A stretch of DNA of 64,000 bases from Candidatus Curtissbacteria bacterium RIFCSPLOWO2_12_FULL_41_16. Lineage in GTDB: Bacteria; Patescibacteriota; Microgenomatia; Curtissbacterales; GWA2-41-24. Of the stretch, positions 46,038-55,797 are shown one piece after another. Within the stretch, counting starts at the first letter, position 1, and each line of letters begins with the position of its first letter. The DNA lies in contig MFBZ01000016.1 in assembly GCA_001776545.1 (NCBI GenBank), positions 1,088-65,087 of the forward strand. The letters run 5' to 3'. The notes below the pieces were generated by a model. It was not told where the DNA came from. It saw only the letters and a program-made list of their open reading frames with translations, and made no database searches. A program made the position numbers and the translations under genes.

Positions 46038-48152
46038 TTAGTTTGTGGAGTTTTGTGATTGAGCTTGTAAGTATTCATCGGCATTTTTGACTAAAACATC
46101 GCGGGGTTTTGAGCCTTCACCTGGACCTACAATACCGGCTATTTCCAGTTCGTCAAGAAGTCTGGCGGCTCTTGCATAACCGATGCGTAACCTTCTTTGC
46201 AACAGTGAAGCGCTCGCTCGATCGTACTGACAAATTGTACGCACAGCCTCTTCAAAAAGATCATCTTTTTCGCCTTCACGTCCGGCCATTTTACCAATCG
46301 GCAGCTGGGTAACTTCTTCGGTGTATTCGGGGGCAAATCCTGATTTTTTAAGAAAATTTATTAAATTTCTGATTTCCGTATCAGAAACGAAAACGCCTTG
46401 AATTCTTTGTGATTTTGAAGCATCAGGGGGGACATAAAGCATGTCTCCTTTCCCCAGGAGTTTGTCAGCGCCCGGCTGGTCGAGAATCACCCTGGAATCA
46501 ACCATGGAAGAAACATTGAAAGCAATCCGGCAGGGAATATTAGCCTTGATAAGGCCAGTGATTACATCAACAGAAGGTCTTTGGGTGGCAATGACTAAAT
46601 GAATACCGGTGGCCCTGGCCATGGCGGCGATTCTGCAAATGGCATCTTCAACCTCAACCGGGGCAAACTCCATCAAATTATGCAACTCATCTATTAGAAT
46701 GATAATGTAAGGTAGTGCCTGGAAACCGGAGAATTCATTATAGCTTCCGATATTTCTAACTTGAGCTTCATGGAATAATTTGTAACGCCTATCCATTTCT
46801 CCCATTGCCCACTTCAGGGCCGAAAGAATTTTATCCGGTTCGACAATAACCGGTGTTAGAAGATGGGGAATATCATTATATTCTGAAAGCTCTACACGCT
46901 TGGGATCCGCAAGGATGAGCTTTATCTCTTGGGGACTTGCCCTAAAGAGCAAGGTGGCAATGAGAGCATTTAAAAGAACTGATTTGCCGGAACCCGTAGT
47001 GCCGGCGATTAAAACATGGGGCATTTTGGCTATGTCATTAACCACAATGTTACCGGTGACATCCAACCCTAGGCCGACTGCAGTTTTGGATTTGTTTGTC
47101 CGCAATAAATCGCTTGCAAGAACATTTTTTAAAGAAACGATTTCCGGTGAAATGTTAGGTATTTCAATGCCGACAAGAGATTTGCCGGGGATCGGTGCTT
47201 CTATCCTGACGTTACCGGTTGGGGTTGCCAGGGCAAGGGCCAAATTATTTTGGAGGCTGATGATCTTGGAAAGTTTAGTTCCCATGGGAATTTCCAGAGC
47301 ATATTGGGTAACCGTCGGACCAAGATTAATCTCGGCTACTTTGGCGGTTATACCAAAACTTTCAAGAGTTTTTTCGATGATAGCGGCATTTTGCTTTAAG
47401 TTACCACGATTAGCGGAGGCTCCATGATTATCTGAAAGAAGAGACAAAGGCGGGTATTGCCAAATTTGTGCATGATCTGGATTGTTAACAATAACGCTTG
47501 TTCCCAGGGGATATTCAAAGTCTTTTTCTGCTTGTTTTTTTGCTTGTAGATTTTCTTTGGGAGCAGTATAGCCCGATTGGGTTTTGGTGATAAGTTTTGG
47601 TTTTGATCTCCCAAATATTTTCGGGCTTAATTTTGCGGTAAACTTAGTTACCATTTGATACGTCTTAACAATAGCCGCAATTGCTTGATCTAAACTGGTG
47701 TTAAAGGCAATAAAATTCGCAACTAAAAATGTAAAAAATAGAATAAGAAAAGCACCGGCCGGGGTAACTATTGATTTTAAAAACGACCATAGGGAGTTTC
47801 CTATTAAACCTGAAAGTTCTTCGGACATTGAAGATACTAGGCCAAGCGCCGAAAGGAGAACGGCAATTGCGCCTAAGATTACGTTAGTTTTGGCAAAACG
47901 AGATTTTAGGGAAAGTAAAGGCAAACTGATTAATATCCCGATTATGGGAAGAAAAATAATCCCGATGCCAAAAAGATCGTAAAAGTATTCTTTGAAGACA
48001 AGTAGTGCGCCTGCTTTGGTGAACAATGATAAAAAAAGAAGCAGTGACGTGGCCAAAATTGATATACCGATAATAGTGGTTATTGTTTTCTTTTCAAGAT
48101 AAATTGGTGGTCCAAATGCAGATTTTCTACGTCTTCTCATGGTAGAGTTCAA
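46038..48152 (-). CDS. ftsK: DNA translocase FtsK/SpoIIIE
   Basis: Four N-terminal TM segments, Walker A GTTGSGKS, Walker B ILIDE, gamma-like winged-helix C-terminus. Confidence 0.9.
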   Translation of the reverse strand: MNSTMRRRRKSAFGPPIYLEKKTITTIIGISILATSLLLFLSLFTKAGALLVFKEYFYDLFGIGIIFLPIIGILISLPLLSLKSRFAKTNVILGAIAVLLSALGLVSSMSEELSGLIGNSLWSFLKSIVTPAGAFLILFFTFLVANFIAFNTSLDQAIAAIVKTYQMVTKFTAKLSPKIFGRSKPKLITKTQSGYTAPKENLQAKKQAEKDFEYPLGTSVIVNNPDHAQIWQYPPLSLLSDNHGASANRGNLKQNAAIIEKTLESFGITAKVAEINLGPTVTQYALEIPMGTKLSKIISLQNNLALALATPTGNVRIEAPIPGKSLVGIEIPNISPEIVSLKNVLASDLLRTNKSKTAVGLGLDVTGNIVVNDIAKMPHVLIAGTTGSGKSVLLNALIATLLFRASPQEIKLILADPKRVELSEYNDIPHLLTPVIVEPDKILSALKWAMGEMDRRYKLFHEAQVRNIGSYNEFSGFQALPYIIILIDELHNLMEFAPVEVEDAICRIAAMARATGIHLVIATQRPSVDVITGLIKANIPCRIAFNVSSMVDSRVILDQPGADKLLGKGDMLYVPPDASKSQRIQGVFVSDTEIRNLINFLKKSGFAPEYTEEVTQLPIGKMAGREGEKDDLFEEAVRTICQYDRASASLLQRRLRIGYARAARLLDELEIAGIVGPGEGSKPRDVLVKNADEYLQAQSQNSTN

Positions 48153-48247
48153 GTATTTTTCTTAATTTTACCTCAAAAGGATGATTATTGCTATAGGGTT
48201 CTCCTTTTTCCCCTCGGGAAAGAGTCCTCCGATGAAACCTTTATCTT

Positions 48248-49306
48248 TCACCATTTTGGTAGATAATCTTTCAGGTTTTGAGCGGTAAGAGTAAGGCTTT
48301 CCAGTTTACTTTCCACTTTTAGCTTAGCTACTTTGCGGCATATGTTATTTAATGTTCTTTCTAAAGTTCTCATGCCTGCATCAAAACCAAGGGGCCTGAC
48401 GATTTGTGGCCAAACATCGTCTTCTAAAACTAAATTGCCGGGTTTAAGGCCTGAAGCAGCAATTATCCTTGGTAAAAGGTAATTTCTACCGATTATTATT
48501 TTTTGCTCATCGGAGTAAGAGGGCATTTCAATTATTTCTAATCTGTCTAAAACTGCCGTCGCGATACCTGTTGTATTATTGGCCGTAGCGATAAAGAAAA
48601 TTTCCGACAAATCAAACGGGTGGTCTATAAAATGGTCTAAAAATTGACTGTTCTGTTCGGGGTCTAAGAGTTCGACCAGTACACTCATGATGTCTGCCTT
48701 CGCTTCATCGGTAACCCTATCAATTTCATCCAGGAGAATTACAGGGTTTTTGGTTTGGACACGTCGCAAGACTTTCATAATTTGGCCCGGTTCAGCGTCT
48801 GTATAGGTCTTTGCTCTACCCCTTAGCTGTATGGCATCACCCATGCCGCCCATGGGAATTCTGCCAAATTGGCGACCCAATGCTTGGGCGATAGAGTAAG
48901 CCATGGTTGTTTTGCCGGTACCAACTAATCCCAGAAAAAGTAGAGTCGGGGCCTTTGGTCCTTGTGGATTTTGATGCTTTTGATTTTTAAGGTTTGCAAC
49001 AGCAATATACTCAAGTATGCGTTCTTTGACATTGTCCAATCCATGGTGATTGGCGTCCAGAATTTTCTTGGCGTTTTCCAGGGAGGCCGTATCCGTGCTT
49101 CTTTTATTCCAGGGCAGCGAGATGATCCAATCCAAGTATCTGGCGACGGAATCATACTCCTGTGAATATCCTTGTTGTGTGGCAAGGCGAACCAAGCGCG
49201 CGAGCATAGCTTGGGTTTTTTGGGCAAGCTCCGGCGGGAGCGCGGCGCCTGCCAGTTTATTTTCAAGAAGCGTGATGTCTTCAAATTGGGCAGGTGCAAC
49301 AGCCAT
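48248..49306 (-). CDS. Lon-type AAA+ ATPase module lacking both the N-terminal LAN domain and the C-terminal serine-protease domain
   Basis: Lon-specific pre-AAA helix (ARYLDWIISLPWNKRS...HHGLDNVKERILEYIAV), Walker A GLVGTGKTT, Walker B ILLDEID, sensor TAN, Arg finger LDRLE. Stops where the Lon protease domain would begin. The 5' 200 nt is GC-rich. Confidence 0.75.
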   Translation of the reverse strand: MAVAPAQFEDITLLENKLAGAALPPELAQKTQAMLARLVRLATQQGYSQEYDSVARYLDWIISLPWNKRSTDTASLENAKKILDANHHGLDNVKERILEYIAVANLKNQKHQNPQGPKAPTLLFLGLVGTGKTTMAYSIAQALGRQFGRIPMGGMGDAIQLRGRAKTYTDAEPGQIMKVLRRVQTKNPVILLDEIDRVTDEAKADIMSVLVELLDPEQNSQFLDHFIDHPFDLSEIFFIATANNTTGIATAVLDRLEIIEMPSYSDEQKIIIGRNYLLPRIIAASGLKPGNLVLEDDVWPQIVRPLGFDAGMRTLERTLNNICRKVAKLKVESKLESLTLTAQNLKDYLPKW

Positions 49307-49336
49307 AGTCCAATTGTAACAGATGGAAAGCTGATT

Positions 49337-50152
49337 TTAATTTGAATTTAAAGAAGCAACTAGATTAGGATTATCTCTCAGTTTATCTTTTAACCGGTAG
49401 GACTCTCCTTCTATTTTAATTATTGTAGCGTGATGATGCAGTCGATCGAGAATCGCTGCTGCTCTTTGTTGGCTGCCAAAAAGCCTCCCCCACTCCTCGA
49501 AAGATCTATTAGAAGCAAAGATAACTGAACCGGTTTCGTATCTTTGGTGCAGTAGCTTGAAAAGAAAAGTCGCTGCATTGGTACTTGTTTCATACAAATC
49601 CATTTCATCCAGTATTAAAAGATCTGGCCGCAGGAGTGAGGTGAAGAGATAATGGCGTTCTTCGGCACTAGCTTTTCTCTCGACTAGTTCTACTAGTTGG
49701 TCGAGGGTTAAAAATTTTACATCATGACCACTATAAATTGCTTCATAGCCAAGTGCCACACTAAGGTGAGTCTTACCTACTCCCGGAGGACCCATAAAAA
49801 CAACGTCTTCTGTTTTATCAATGTACTGGCAAGAAGCTAAATCGCTAATTTGTGTTTCGTCAACCGTGGGCTGAAAGGTAAAATCAAATTCTTTTAGAGT
49901 TCTCTTAAACGGAAAGCCGGCCTTTTGAATCCAGCGCTGCAAACGGCTGTCCTCTCTTAAAGTGAACTCTTTTTCAAGCAGCCCTTCTAAAAAATCGTGC
50001 GGAGTTTTTTTGTTTTTGATACACTCTTGCGCAGTTCTATCAAAGGATGAACTCATTCCATCAAGGCCAAGTTCTTTCAATGCTTGACTAATTCTTTCGT
50101 TCTGTTTTAGAGAGCTAGATATTTTATAAATTCTAACTTTCGACTTTGCCAT
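49337..50152 (-). CDS. istB: IS21-family helper ATPase IstB
   Basis: DnaC-like AAA: GPPGVGKTH Walker A, LILDEMD Walker B. Confidence 0.9.
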   Translation of the reverse strand: MAKSKVRIYKISSSLKQNERISQALKELGLDGMSSSFDRTAQECIKNKKTPHDFLEGLLEKEFTLREDSRLQRWIQKAGFPFKRTLKEFDFTFQPTVDETQISDLASCQYIDKTEDVVFMGPPGVGKTHLSVALGYEAIYSGHDVKFLTLDQLVELVERKASAEERHYLFTSLLRPDLLILDEMDLYETSTNAATFLFKLLHQRYETGSVIFASNRSFEEWGRLFGSQQRAAAILDRLHHHATIIKIEGESYRLKDKLRDNPNLVASLNSN

Positions 50153-51335
50153 TTTTGTTTTGCGGAATAAATTGGTTGTAATAACTAAGCGGTCGTATTT
50201 TTATCTCAATTGAATATTTCTCCAAGTTCCCAACCTGTATGTCAAATTCTTTTTCTGTGTTTTTAGGTTGACGAAGATTCTTGATAATGTGCTCGTCGCT
50301 GACGATCCACTCATTTCGGCCTTGAGAAACAATATGTTTGGCAATAACCTTGTCTTCATAATAAATCTTGATAAAGGGAACGCCGAGATTGTTAACTTCC
50401 TCTAAGAAAAGTCTTTTGGCCGCAAATTCGAGAGGTACTGAATAGTAGTTGGAATGATATTGAACCATCCCGTCTTTGGTACTACTTCTAACTTCAAAAT
50501 GGGAAATTTGATATCTTTGTTGTTTTGACGGAAATCTCAAGTATGCTTTTTCGAACAACCATCTGTCTATGGGTCTTTCTCCTGTTGTCCTGTGGTTTCG
50601 GTTATTGGCCACTTGACTTAGCCAAAAACTCGCTTTTTCATTCAGTTCCTCTAACGAAAAGGAGTTCTTTTTAAAACTCATACCCTGCATGAAATTGTTT
50701 CTTACAAATTTAACGGAGGCCTCAACTTTTCCTTTCGCTCTTGGCCAATACGGAGGGCAAACAAATATTTCGAAACCATAGAAATTGGCAAAATCCAGAA
50801 AAGCAGGATTGTAATGGTTTTTTACCTCCCCGTTTTCTAGTTTTTCCCTCCTTAAAACGACAGTTTTCATATTGTCATAAACTATGGTCTGGGGAATTCC
50901 TAACTGCTCAAAAGCATGAATATGACATTCCAACAATGATTGGATATTTTGTTTCGTGGTAAATTCGACATAGAGTGCGCGACTGTAGCCCAATACGTAA
51001 ACGAAGCAGTACAGCCTTTTAGCTACACCATTAATTTCGATTTCTCCGAAAGATCCCCAATCCACTTGAGCTTGCTCTCCTGGGCCTGTCTCTAATCGTT
51101 GACTACGCTTTAGAGTTTGAAAATTTTTAACATCTGTTTTCATGAACCGGTAAAGAGACATGTAACAGCCTTGATATCCTTGTTGCCTGATTTCAAAGTA
51201 CAACTTCTTGATGTTTGCAACGCTTGCTTTGGTTCTTTGCCCAAGATAATCAACAAAGGGAACAAGCTTCTTGGGAACTTTCAATGAAACGTTTTTGCTA
51301 ATTTTATAAGCTCTTTTCTGATGTCGCTTAAACAT
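50133..51335 (-). CDS. istA: IS21-family transposase IstA
   Basis: 400 aa. N-terminal HTH and DDE integrase core (QVDWG...). 20-nt overlap with istB. Confidence 0.9.
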   Translation of the reverse strand: MFKRHQKRAYKISKNVSLKVPKKLVPFVDYLGQRTKASVANIKKLYFEIRQQGYQGCYMSLYRFMKTDVKNFQTLKRSQRLETGPGEQAQVDWGSFGEIEINGVAKRLYCFVYVLGYSRALYVEFTTKQNIQSLLECHIHAFEQLGIPQTIVYDNMKTVVLRREKLENGEVKNHYNPAFLDFANFYGFEIFVCPPYWPRAKGKVEASVKFVRNNFMQGMSFKKNSFSLEELNEKASFWLSQVANNRNHRTTGERPIDRWLFEKAYLRFPSKQQRYQISHFEVRSSTKDGMVQYHSNYYSVPLEFAAKRLFLEEVNNLGVPFIKIYYEDKVIAKHIVSQGRNEWIVSDEHIIKNLRQPKNTEKEFDIQVGNLEKYSIEIKIRPLSYYNQFIPQNKNGKVES

Positions 51336-51477
51336 TTTAGCGATTTATTGTTTTGTCGGAATTATTCCAAATTTGCTGAAAAAATCAATCTCTATATTTT
51401 GAGCAAAGCTATAGGATATTATTCAAACTTTGGGGGAAATTTTCAAAGATTGACTAACAACAAATGAATATACTAAA

Positions 51478-51855
51478 ATGCGTATGGTGATTGCCGATGA
51501 TTGGTCGATAGTTTTTTACACAACAAAGAGCGGTCGCAATCCTGTCCAGGAGTTCTTAGACACTCTTGATGCAAAAACCAACTCTAGATTTATATGGTCG
51601 ATTAGGGAACTACATCGTCGCAATGTTCATGCCCGAAAACCATTAGTAAAACATATCGAAGAAAAGTTGCGGGAATTGCGGGAAGAAAGTATGGGTAATA
51701 TTCACAGAATTATATATGTATTTTTCACTGGCCGAAAGATTATTCTATTGCATGGTTTTCAGAAAAAGTCACGACAAACGCCGCGTCGAGAAATTGACAT
51801 CGCATCGTCTCGACTTAAAGACTTTATAGACAGGCAGGGAGGTGAAAATGACTAA
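51478..51855 (+). CDS. higB: HigB-like toxin (Gp49/RelE family)
   Basis: VFYTTKSGRNPVQEFLDTLD....I...I..L ... IYVFFTGRKIILLHGFQKKSRQTPRREI is the Gp49-like HigB signature. Toxin-first gene order. Confidence 0.75.
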   Translation: MRMVIADDWSIVFYTTKSGRNPVQEFLDTLDAKTNSRFIWSIRELHRRNVHARKPLVKHIEEKLRELREESMGNIHRIIYVFFTGRKIILLHGFQKKSRQTPRREIDIASSRLKDFIDRQGGEND

Positions 51856-52186
51856 ACTAGATTTAATTAAAAAGGGAGAACTTGCATATAAGAAGTGGGA
51901 GAAAAAATTCCTTTCCGATTCCGAGAATCGTCGTATTTACGAGGAAGAAGCTGCCAAAAAAGAACTTTGGCTACAATTAGTGGAAGCTCGACAAGCTGCG
52001 GGGCTTACACAGCAACAACTTGCAAAAAGACTTGGTGTTTCACAAGCGCAAGTGGCTAGAGTGGAAAAGCGTGGTTATGATGCCTATACTTTAACTTCAC
52101 TGCGTCGCTATGTTAACGCTTTAGGTAAGGGCTTTTCTCTAAAAGTTATTATAGAAGAACAACGTATGTATTCTATTAACAATTAA
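51842..52186 (+). CDS. higA: HigA-like antitoxin (XRE-family HTH)
   Basis: LVEARQAAGLTQQQLAKRLGVSQAQVARVEKRGY HTH_XRE. 14-nt overlap with higB. Confidence 0.75.
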   Translation: MKMTKLDLIKKGELAYKKWEKKFLSDSENRRIYEEEAAKKELWLQLVEARQAAGLTQQQLAKRLGVSQAQVARVEKRGYDAYTLTSLRRYVNALGKGFSLKVIIEEQRMYSINN

Positions 52187-52216
52187 GTTGTGCAGTGTAA
52201 GTTTGGGCGGAAGTCT

Positions 52217-52305
52217 GTAAGTTTTCAAAAACTTTTTATCAAATTTAGCCTCGAGATTTTAGAAATTTTTGGTAAATTGAGGCTAAATGTTTTTTGAAAA
52301 CTTAC
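52217..52305. terminator. nested inverted-repeat structure between convergent higA and the 52310..53344 gene (probable bidirectional terminator)
   Basis: Perfect 15-bp IR gtaagttttcaaaaa / tttttgaaaacttac (52217-52231 / 52291-52305) encloses a perfect 10-bp IR atttagcctc / gaggctaaat (52243-52252 / 52279-52288). T-rich on the plus side. Confidence 0.45.
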
Positions 52306-52309
52306 ACAT

Positions 52310-53344
52310 TTATTTTAACATCATTAAGCCAGAAAACTTATTGGCCTTCAAAATAAATTCGAACTTGGTAACTTTTTCAAAGACTTGGGGATTTTTCTTT
52401 TTTTGGCCGAAAAGCAAATCATAAAAATTTGGGCCGAGTGGTTGATTGCCATTTCTAAAAAAAACAGCCATTGACGTATCAGGCGGTAGTTTTGGGAGTT
52501 CAAAGACAGGATTTTTTAATTTTTGGACAGATGCAAGAATGCGGGCGGCGGCATTTGAGGAAACAAAGAAAGACCACTCTCCAATTTGGAAAAATGTAAA
52601 TGTTTTTCTTTGATCATTCTCGTCTGGTGGTAAGTTCAAAAGATGAAAAGTTATATTTTCTTGTGATTCTTCCTTGTATACAGGTTGTTGGCCTTCGGCT
52701 GTTGGAATATTTTTTAACCTATCCAAATCTATCTTTTTGGCGCTTCTTAAAATAACTGCAACATCAGCGTCTTGTCCAAGAATAATAAGATATTGGCCAT
52801 GTTCTGAAATTAGATTGTCATCAATCCAGTTCGCAAGTTCTTTGGGAAAAGTAAATCTGGTTTTTAGAAAATCTCTGAGGTCTGGTCCAAAGATGACTAG
52901 ATTGGCAGAGCCGGGAATTATAAACTTCTTGCTTGCAAAATTGTCTGATATAAAAGGACTTGTTTCTCGTAGGGTTGGAAATGGTACGCGGGTCATCGTA
53001 CCTTTAAAGCTGATTTCTTTGGCTTTAATTGCGAGCCTTACATTCACTGGCGTTAGGTATGAAAGTCTAGCCTGCGAAGTTGCGTCTAACTCAAACTCAA
53101 CTCCCTCTTTTGTGCTTTGTGGTAAATTGAGTTTTTCTAAAATTTGCGAAAACCTTAACTCGTCTTCTTCTTGAAGATTAAAGTTGAGTTGAAACTTATT
53201 TTCATAAGAAGTGAGTTGGAGTGAATTTTCGTTTTGGTTAAATAATTTTAGAAAAGCTGTTAAGAAAAGGGTTGCTAAGAGAAGTATTGTAAACCCTAAG
53301 ATTATCTTTGTCTTGCCTACCGGCAGGCGGAGGCTATTTTTCAT
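52310..53344 (-). CDS. hypothetical secreted/membrane-anchored protein
   Basis: 344 aa. N-terminal signal/anchor ILGFTILLLATLFLTAFL. No recognised domain. Confidence 0.6.
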   Translation of the reverse strand: MKNSLRLPVGKTKIILGFTILLLATLFLTAFLKLFNQNENSLQLTSYENKFQLNFNLQEEDELRFSQILEKLNLPQSTKEGVEFELDATSQARLSYLTPVNVRLAIKAKEISFKGTMTRVPFPTLRETSPFISDNFASKKFIIPGSANLVIFGPDLRDFLKTRFTFPKELANWIDDNLISEHGQYLIILGQDADVAVILRSAKKIDLDRLKNIPTAEGQQPVYKEESQENITFHLLNLPPDENDQRKTFTFFQIGEWSFFVSSNAAARILASVQKLKNPVFELPKLPPDTSMAVFFRNGNQPLGPNFYDLLFGQKKKNPQVFEKVTKFEFILKANKFSGLMMLK

Positions 53345-53346
53345 TT

Positions 53347-55569
53347 TTAATATCTTTTCGGGGGACGTCTGCGATCTGACCCAGTACGCCTATTGTCAAA
53401 TCTTTTATGGACAAAGTCTCTTCTCTGGTCACCTTGGTGCCTCGCGGAACCTACCGCATCTCCTTCTAAATTCATTGAGAGATTAACTCTGCCTTGATCA
53501 TCAATTTCAGCAACTCTGACTTTGACTGTTTGGCCTATTTTGACAATGTCTTCAACTTTATCAACTCTGTAAGATGCCAGTCTCGAAACGTGTACTAAGC
53601 CTTCTTTACCCGGGAGGATTTCGACCATAGCTCCAAACGGGAGAATTCTTTTAACCTTACCTTCGTAGACTTCACCCGGCTGAGGCTCTTTAACGATACC
53701 TTCTACCCACTGAGCAGCTTTTTGACAAGCCTGGGCGTCTTTGCCACTGATAGTGACTGTACCTTCGTCGTTGATGTCGATAGCAACACCTGTTTCGGAG
53801 ATGATTTTATTAATTGTACGGCCGCCAGAACCGATTACTTCGCCAATTTTTGACGGATCAATTCTAACTAAGATAACAGTTGGGGCGTGTGGTGAAATTG
53901 TTTTTCTTGAACCAGGAATTGTAGAGAGGATTTTTTCTAATATCGCAAGTCTGGCCTTCCTCGCTTTTTCGAGAGCTTCCTCAACAATTTTTACCGTGAT
54001 ACCATTTAATTTCGTGTCCATTTGAATTACGTTGATGCCATTTTTGGTGCCGGCGACTTTGAAATCCATATCTCCCTGGGCATCCTCCTGGTAGGCAATA
54101 TCTGTTAAAAGAAGGTATTTTGATTTGTCTTTTTTATCGGAAATTAAACCGATAGAAATACCTGCAACGGGTTCTTTTATGGGTACACCGGCATCCATAA
54201 GTGCCAGGGTAGAACCGCATACAGACGCCATAGAAGTTGATCCGGCAGAAGATAAAACTTCTGAAACAACTCGAATAGTGTATGGGAAAGCATCGTTTGA
54301 GGGAAGAACAGGTAAGAGCGCTCTTTCGGCTAGCGCACCGTGACCGATTTCCCTTCTTCCAGGTGAGCCCAGTCTCCTGACTTCACCTGTTGAAAAAGGA
54401 GGAAAGTTGTAATGATGCATGTATCTTTTGGTCCCTTCTTTACTCATACCTTCAATTAATTGCTCGAGAGCGGGAGATGCTAAGGTGGCAATCGATAAAA
54501 CTTGGGTTTCACCCCTTTCAAAAAAGCCGGAACCGTGGGTTCTTGGCAGAATTCCTACCTTGGTTTTGATCGATCTTATTTCTTCGGGAGCACGACCGTC
54601 GATCCGCTTTTTGTTAACCAAAATCTGTTTTCTTAAAAATTCACTGACAGCATCATCAAGCATGGCAGAAAGAATCTTCGTGGTTATTTCTTGATTGCCG
54701 GATAACTGTGATTGGTCTTCTTTTAGAAACTCATTTTCGATTTTTTCTAGCGACTCTCCAAACCAGTTCTCGCTTTCAGCTTTGGAGGGCAATTCTAATT
54801 CTTTAATAAGATTGTCTTGAATAAATTTTTTGATAGCTTCTTCTTTTTTGGGATCCAACTTTTGAACTTCGTACTGTTGTTTTTGGCGACCCGCCTCCTT
54901 GACAAATTCACCGATGAGTGAAACGATTATTTCCCCTTGTTCGAGGGCAAACTTAACCGCTTGCGCCATGGATTTTTCTTCAACCTCTTGGCCGGCAGCT
55001 TCAATCATAACAATTTCGTCACGAGTTGAGGCGACGACTAAATCGAGACTTGAGAATGTTTTTTCTTCTTCTGTTGGGTTTAAGATAAAACCACCATTTT
55101 GTCTGCCAATTCGCACGGCCGCAATTGGTCCGTCCCAGGGTATGTCGGAAATAGAAAGGGCACAAGAAGCAGCAATTAAAGAAACGACATCGGGATCATT
55201 TGCTTGATCCACAGAAAGAACAGTAATAACGACTTGAACTTCAGCTTGGTAATCTTTAGGGAAAAGAGGACGAATAGCGCGATCAATTAGCCTGGAAGTT
55301 AAAATTGCTTCCTCAGAAGGACGACCTTCTCTTTTAATAAATCTCGAGGTTGAAATTTTACCGCCAGCATATAATCTTTCTTCATAATCAACAGCTAATG
55401 GGAAAAAATCGACGTCTGGACGGGCCGTTTGAGAAACAGCGGTTGCTAAAACAACCGTTTCGCCGTAAGAAGCTAAGACTGAGCCACTGGCCTGGCCGGC
55501 CAGTTCACCGGTTTCCAGAACTAGTTTTTTGCCTGCAAGTTCGATTTCTTTTCGAATAATCTTTTGCAT
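53347..55569 (-). CDS. pnp: polyribonucleotide nucleotidyltransferase (PNPase)
   Basis: Two RNase PH domains, KH and S1 domains. Arg-rich C-terminal tail. 740 aa. Confidence 0.95.
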   Translation of the reverse strand: MQKIIRKEIELAGKKLVLETGELAGQASGSVLASYGETVVLATAVSQTARPDVDFFPLAVDYEERLYAGGKISTSRFIKREGRPSEEAILTSRLIDRAIRPLFPKDYQAEVQVVITVLSVDQANDPDVVSLIAASCALSISDIPWDGPIAAVRIGRQNGGFILNPTEEEKTFSSLDLVVASTRDEIVMIEAAGQEVEEKSMAQAVKFALEQGEIIVSLIGEFVKEAGRQKQQYEVQKLDPKKEEAIKKFIQDNLIKELELPSKAESENWFGESLEKIENEFLKEDQSQLSGNQEITTKILSAMLDDAVSEFLRKQILVNKKRIDGRAPEEIRSIKTKVGILPRTHGSGFFERGETQVLSIATLASPALEQLIEGMSKEGTKRYMHHYNFPPFSTGEVRRLGSPGRREIGHGALAERALLPVLPSNDAFPYTIRVVSEVLSSAGSTSMASVCGSTLALMDAGVPIKEPVAGISIGLISDKKDKSKYLLLTDIAYQEDAQGDMDFKVAGTKNGINVIQMDTKLNGITVKIVEEALEKARKARLAILEKILSTIPGSRKTISPHAPTVILVRIDPSKIGEVIGSGGRTINKIISETGVAIDINDEGTVTISGKDAQACQKAAQWVEGIVKEPQPGEVYEGKVKRILPFGAMVEILPGKEGLVHVSRLASYRVDKVEDIVKIGQTVKVRVAEIDDQGRVNLSMNLEGDAVGSARHQGDQRRDFVHKRFDNRRTGSDRRRPPKRY

Positions 55570-55637
55570 TAGAAAATAAATTGAGTAGGTTTTTGGGGAG
55601 TTAGAAATCGGATAGTAAGAATCAAATATTTATTGCT

Positions 55638-55654
55638 ACCAAGTCAAACTTGGT
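55638..55654 (-). promoter_or_regulatory. 7-bp hairpin in the pnp 5' leader
   Basis: accaagt-caa-acttggt, about 70 nt upstream of the pnp ATG. Confidence 0.35.
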
Positions 55655-55701
55655 TCACACTATTCAACTTCCAACAACCCAAACCCTTTTAACTTAATAT
55701 T

Positions 55702-55730
55702 ATTATACTATAAATTCTTCTGATTTCAAA
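55702..55730 (-). promoter_or_regulatory. candidate sigma70-like promoter for pnp
   Basis: On the minus strand, TTGAAA-17 nt-TATAAT in the rpsO-pnp spacer. Confidence 0.4.
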
Positions 55731-55797
55731 ATCAGTCCTTTTTAGTCGCTAACTTATCATTTAGGCTTGCGAGACAACAACAAAGTCATTTCTTTGA

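Larger units (their letters stand above)
49310..51470 (-). mobile_element. IS21-family insertion sequence (istA + istB), ends approximate
   Basis: Two overlapping genes typical of IS21. It abuts the Lon-like gene start (30 nt) and the higBA promoter region. Confidence 0.6.

Noticed and set aside
48153-48247. Searched for a frameshifted Lon protease domain downstream of the Lon-like AAA+ ORF
   Set aside because: Only 95 nt separate its stop from ftsK. None of the three frames encodes the protease-domain Ser-Lys dyad motifs, so this is not a simple frameshift.
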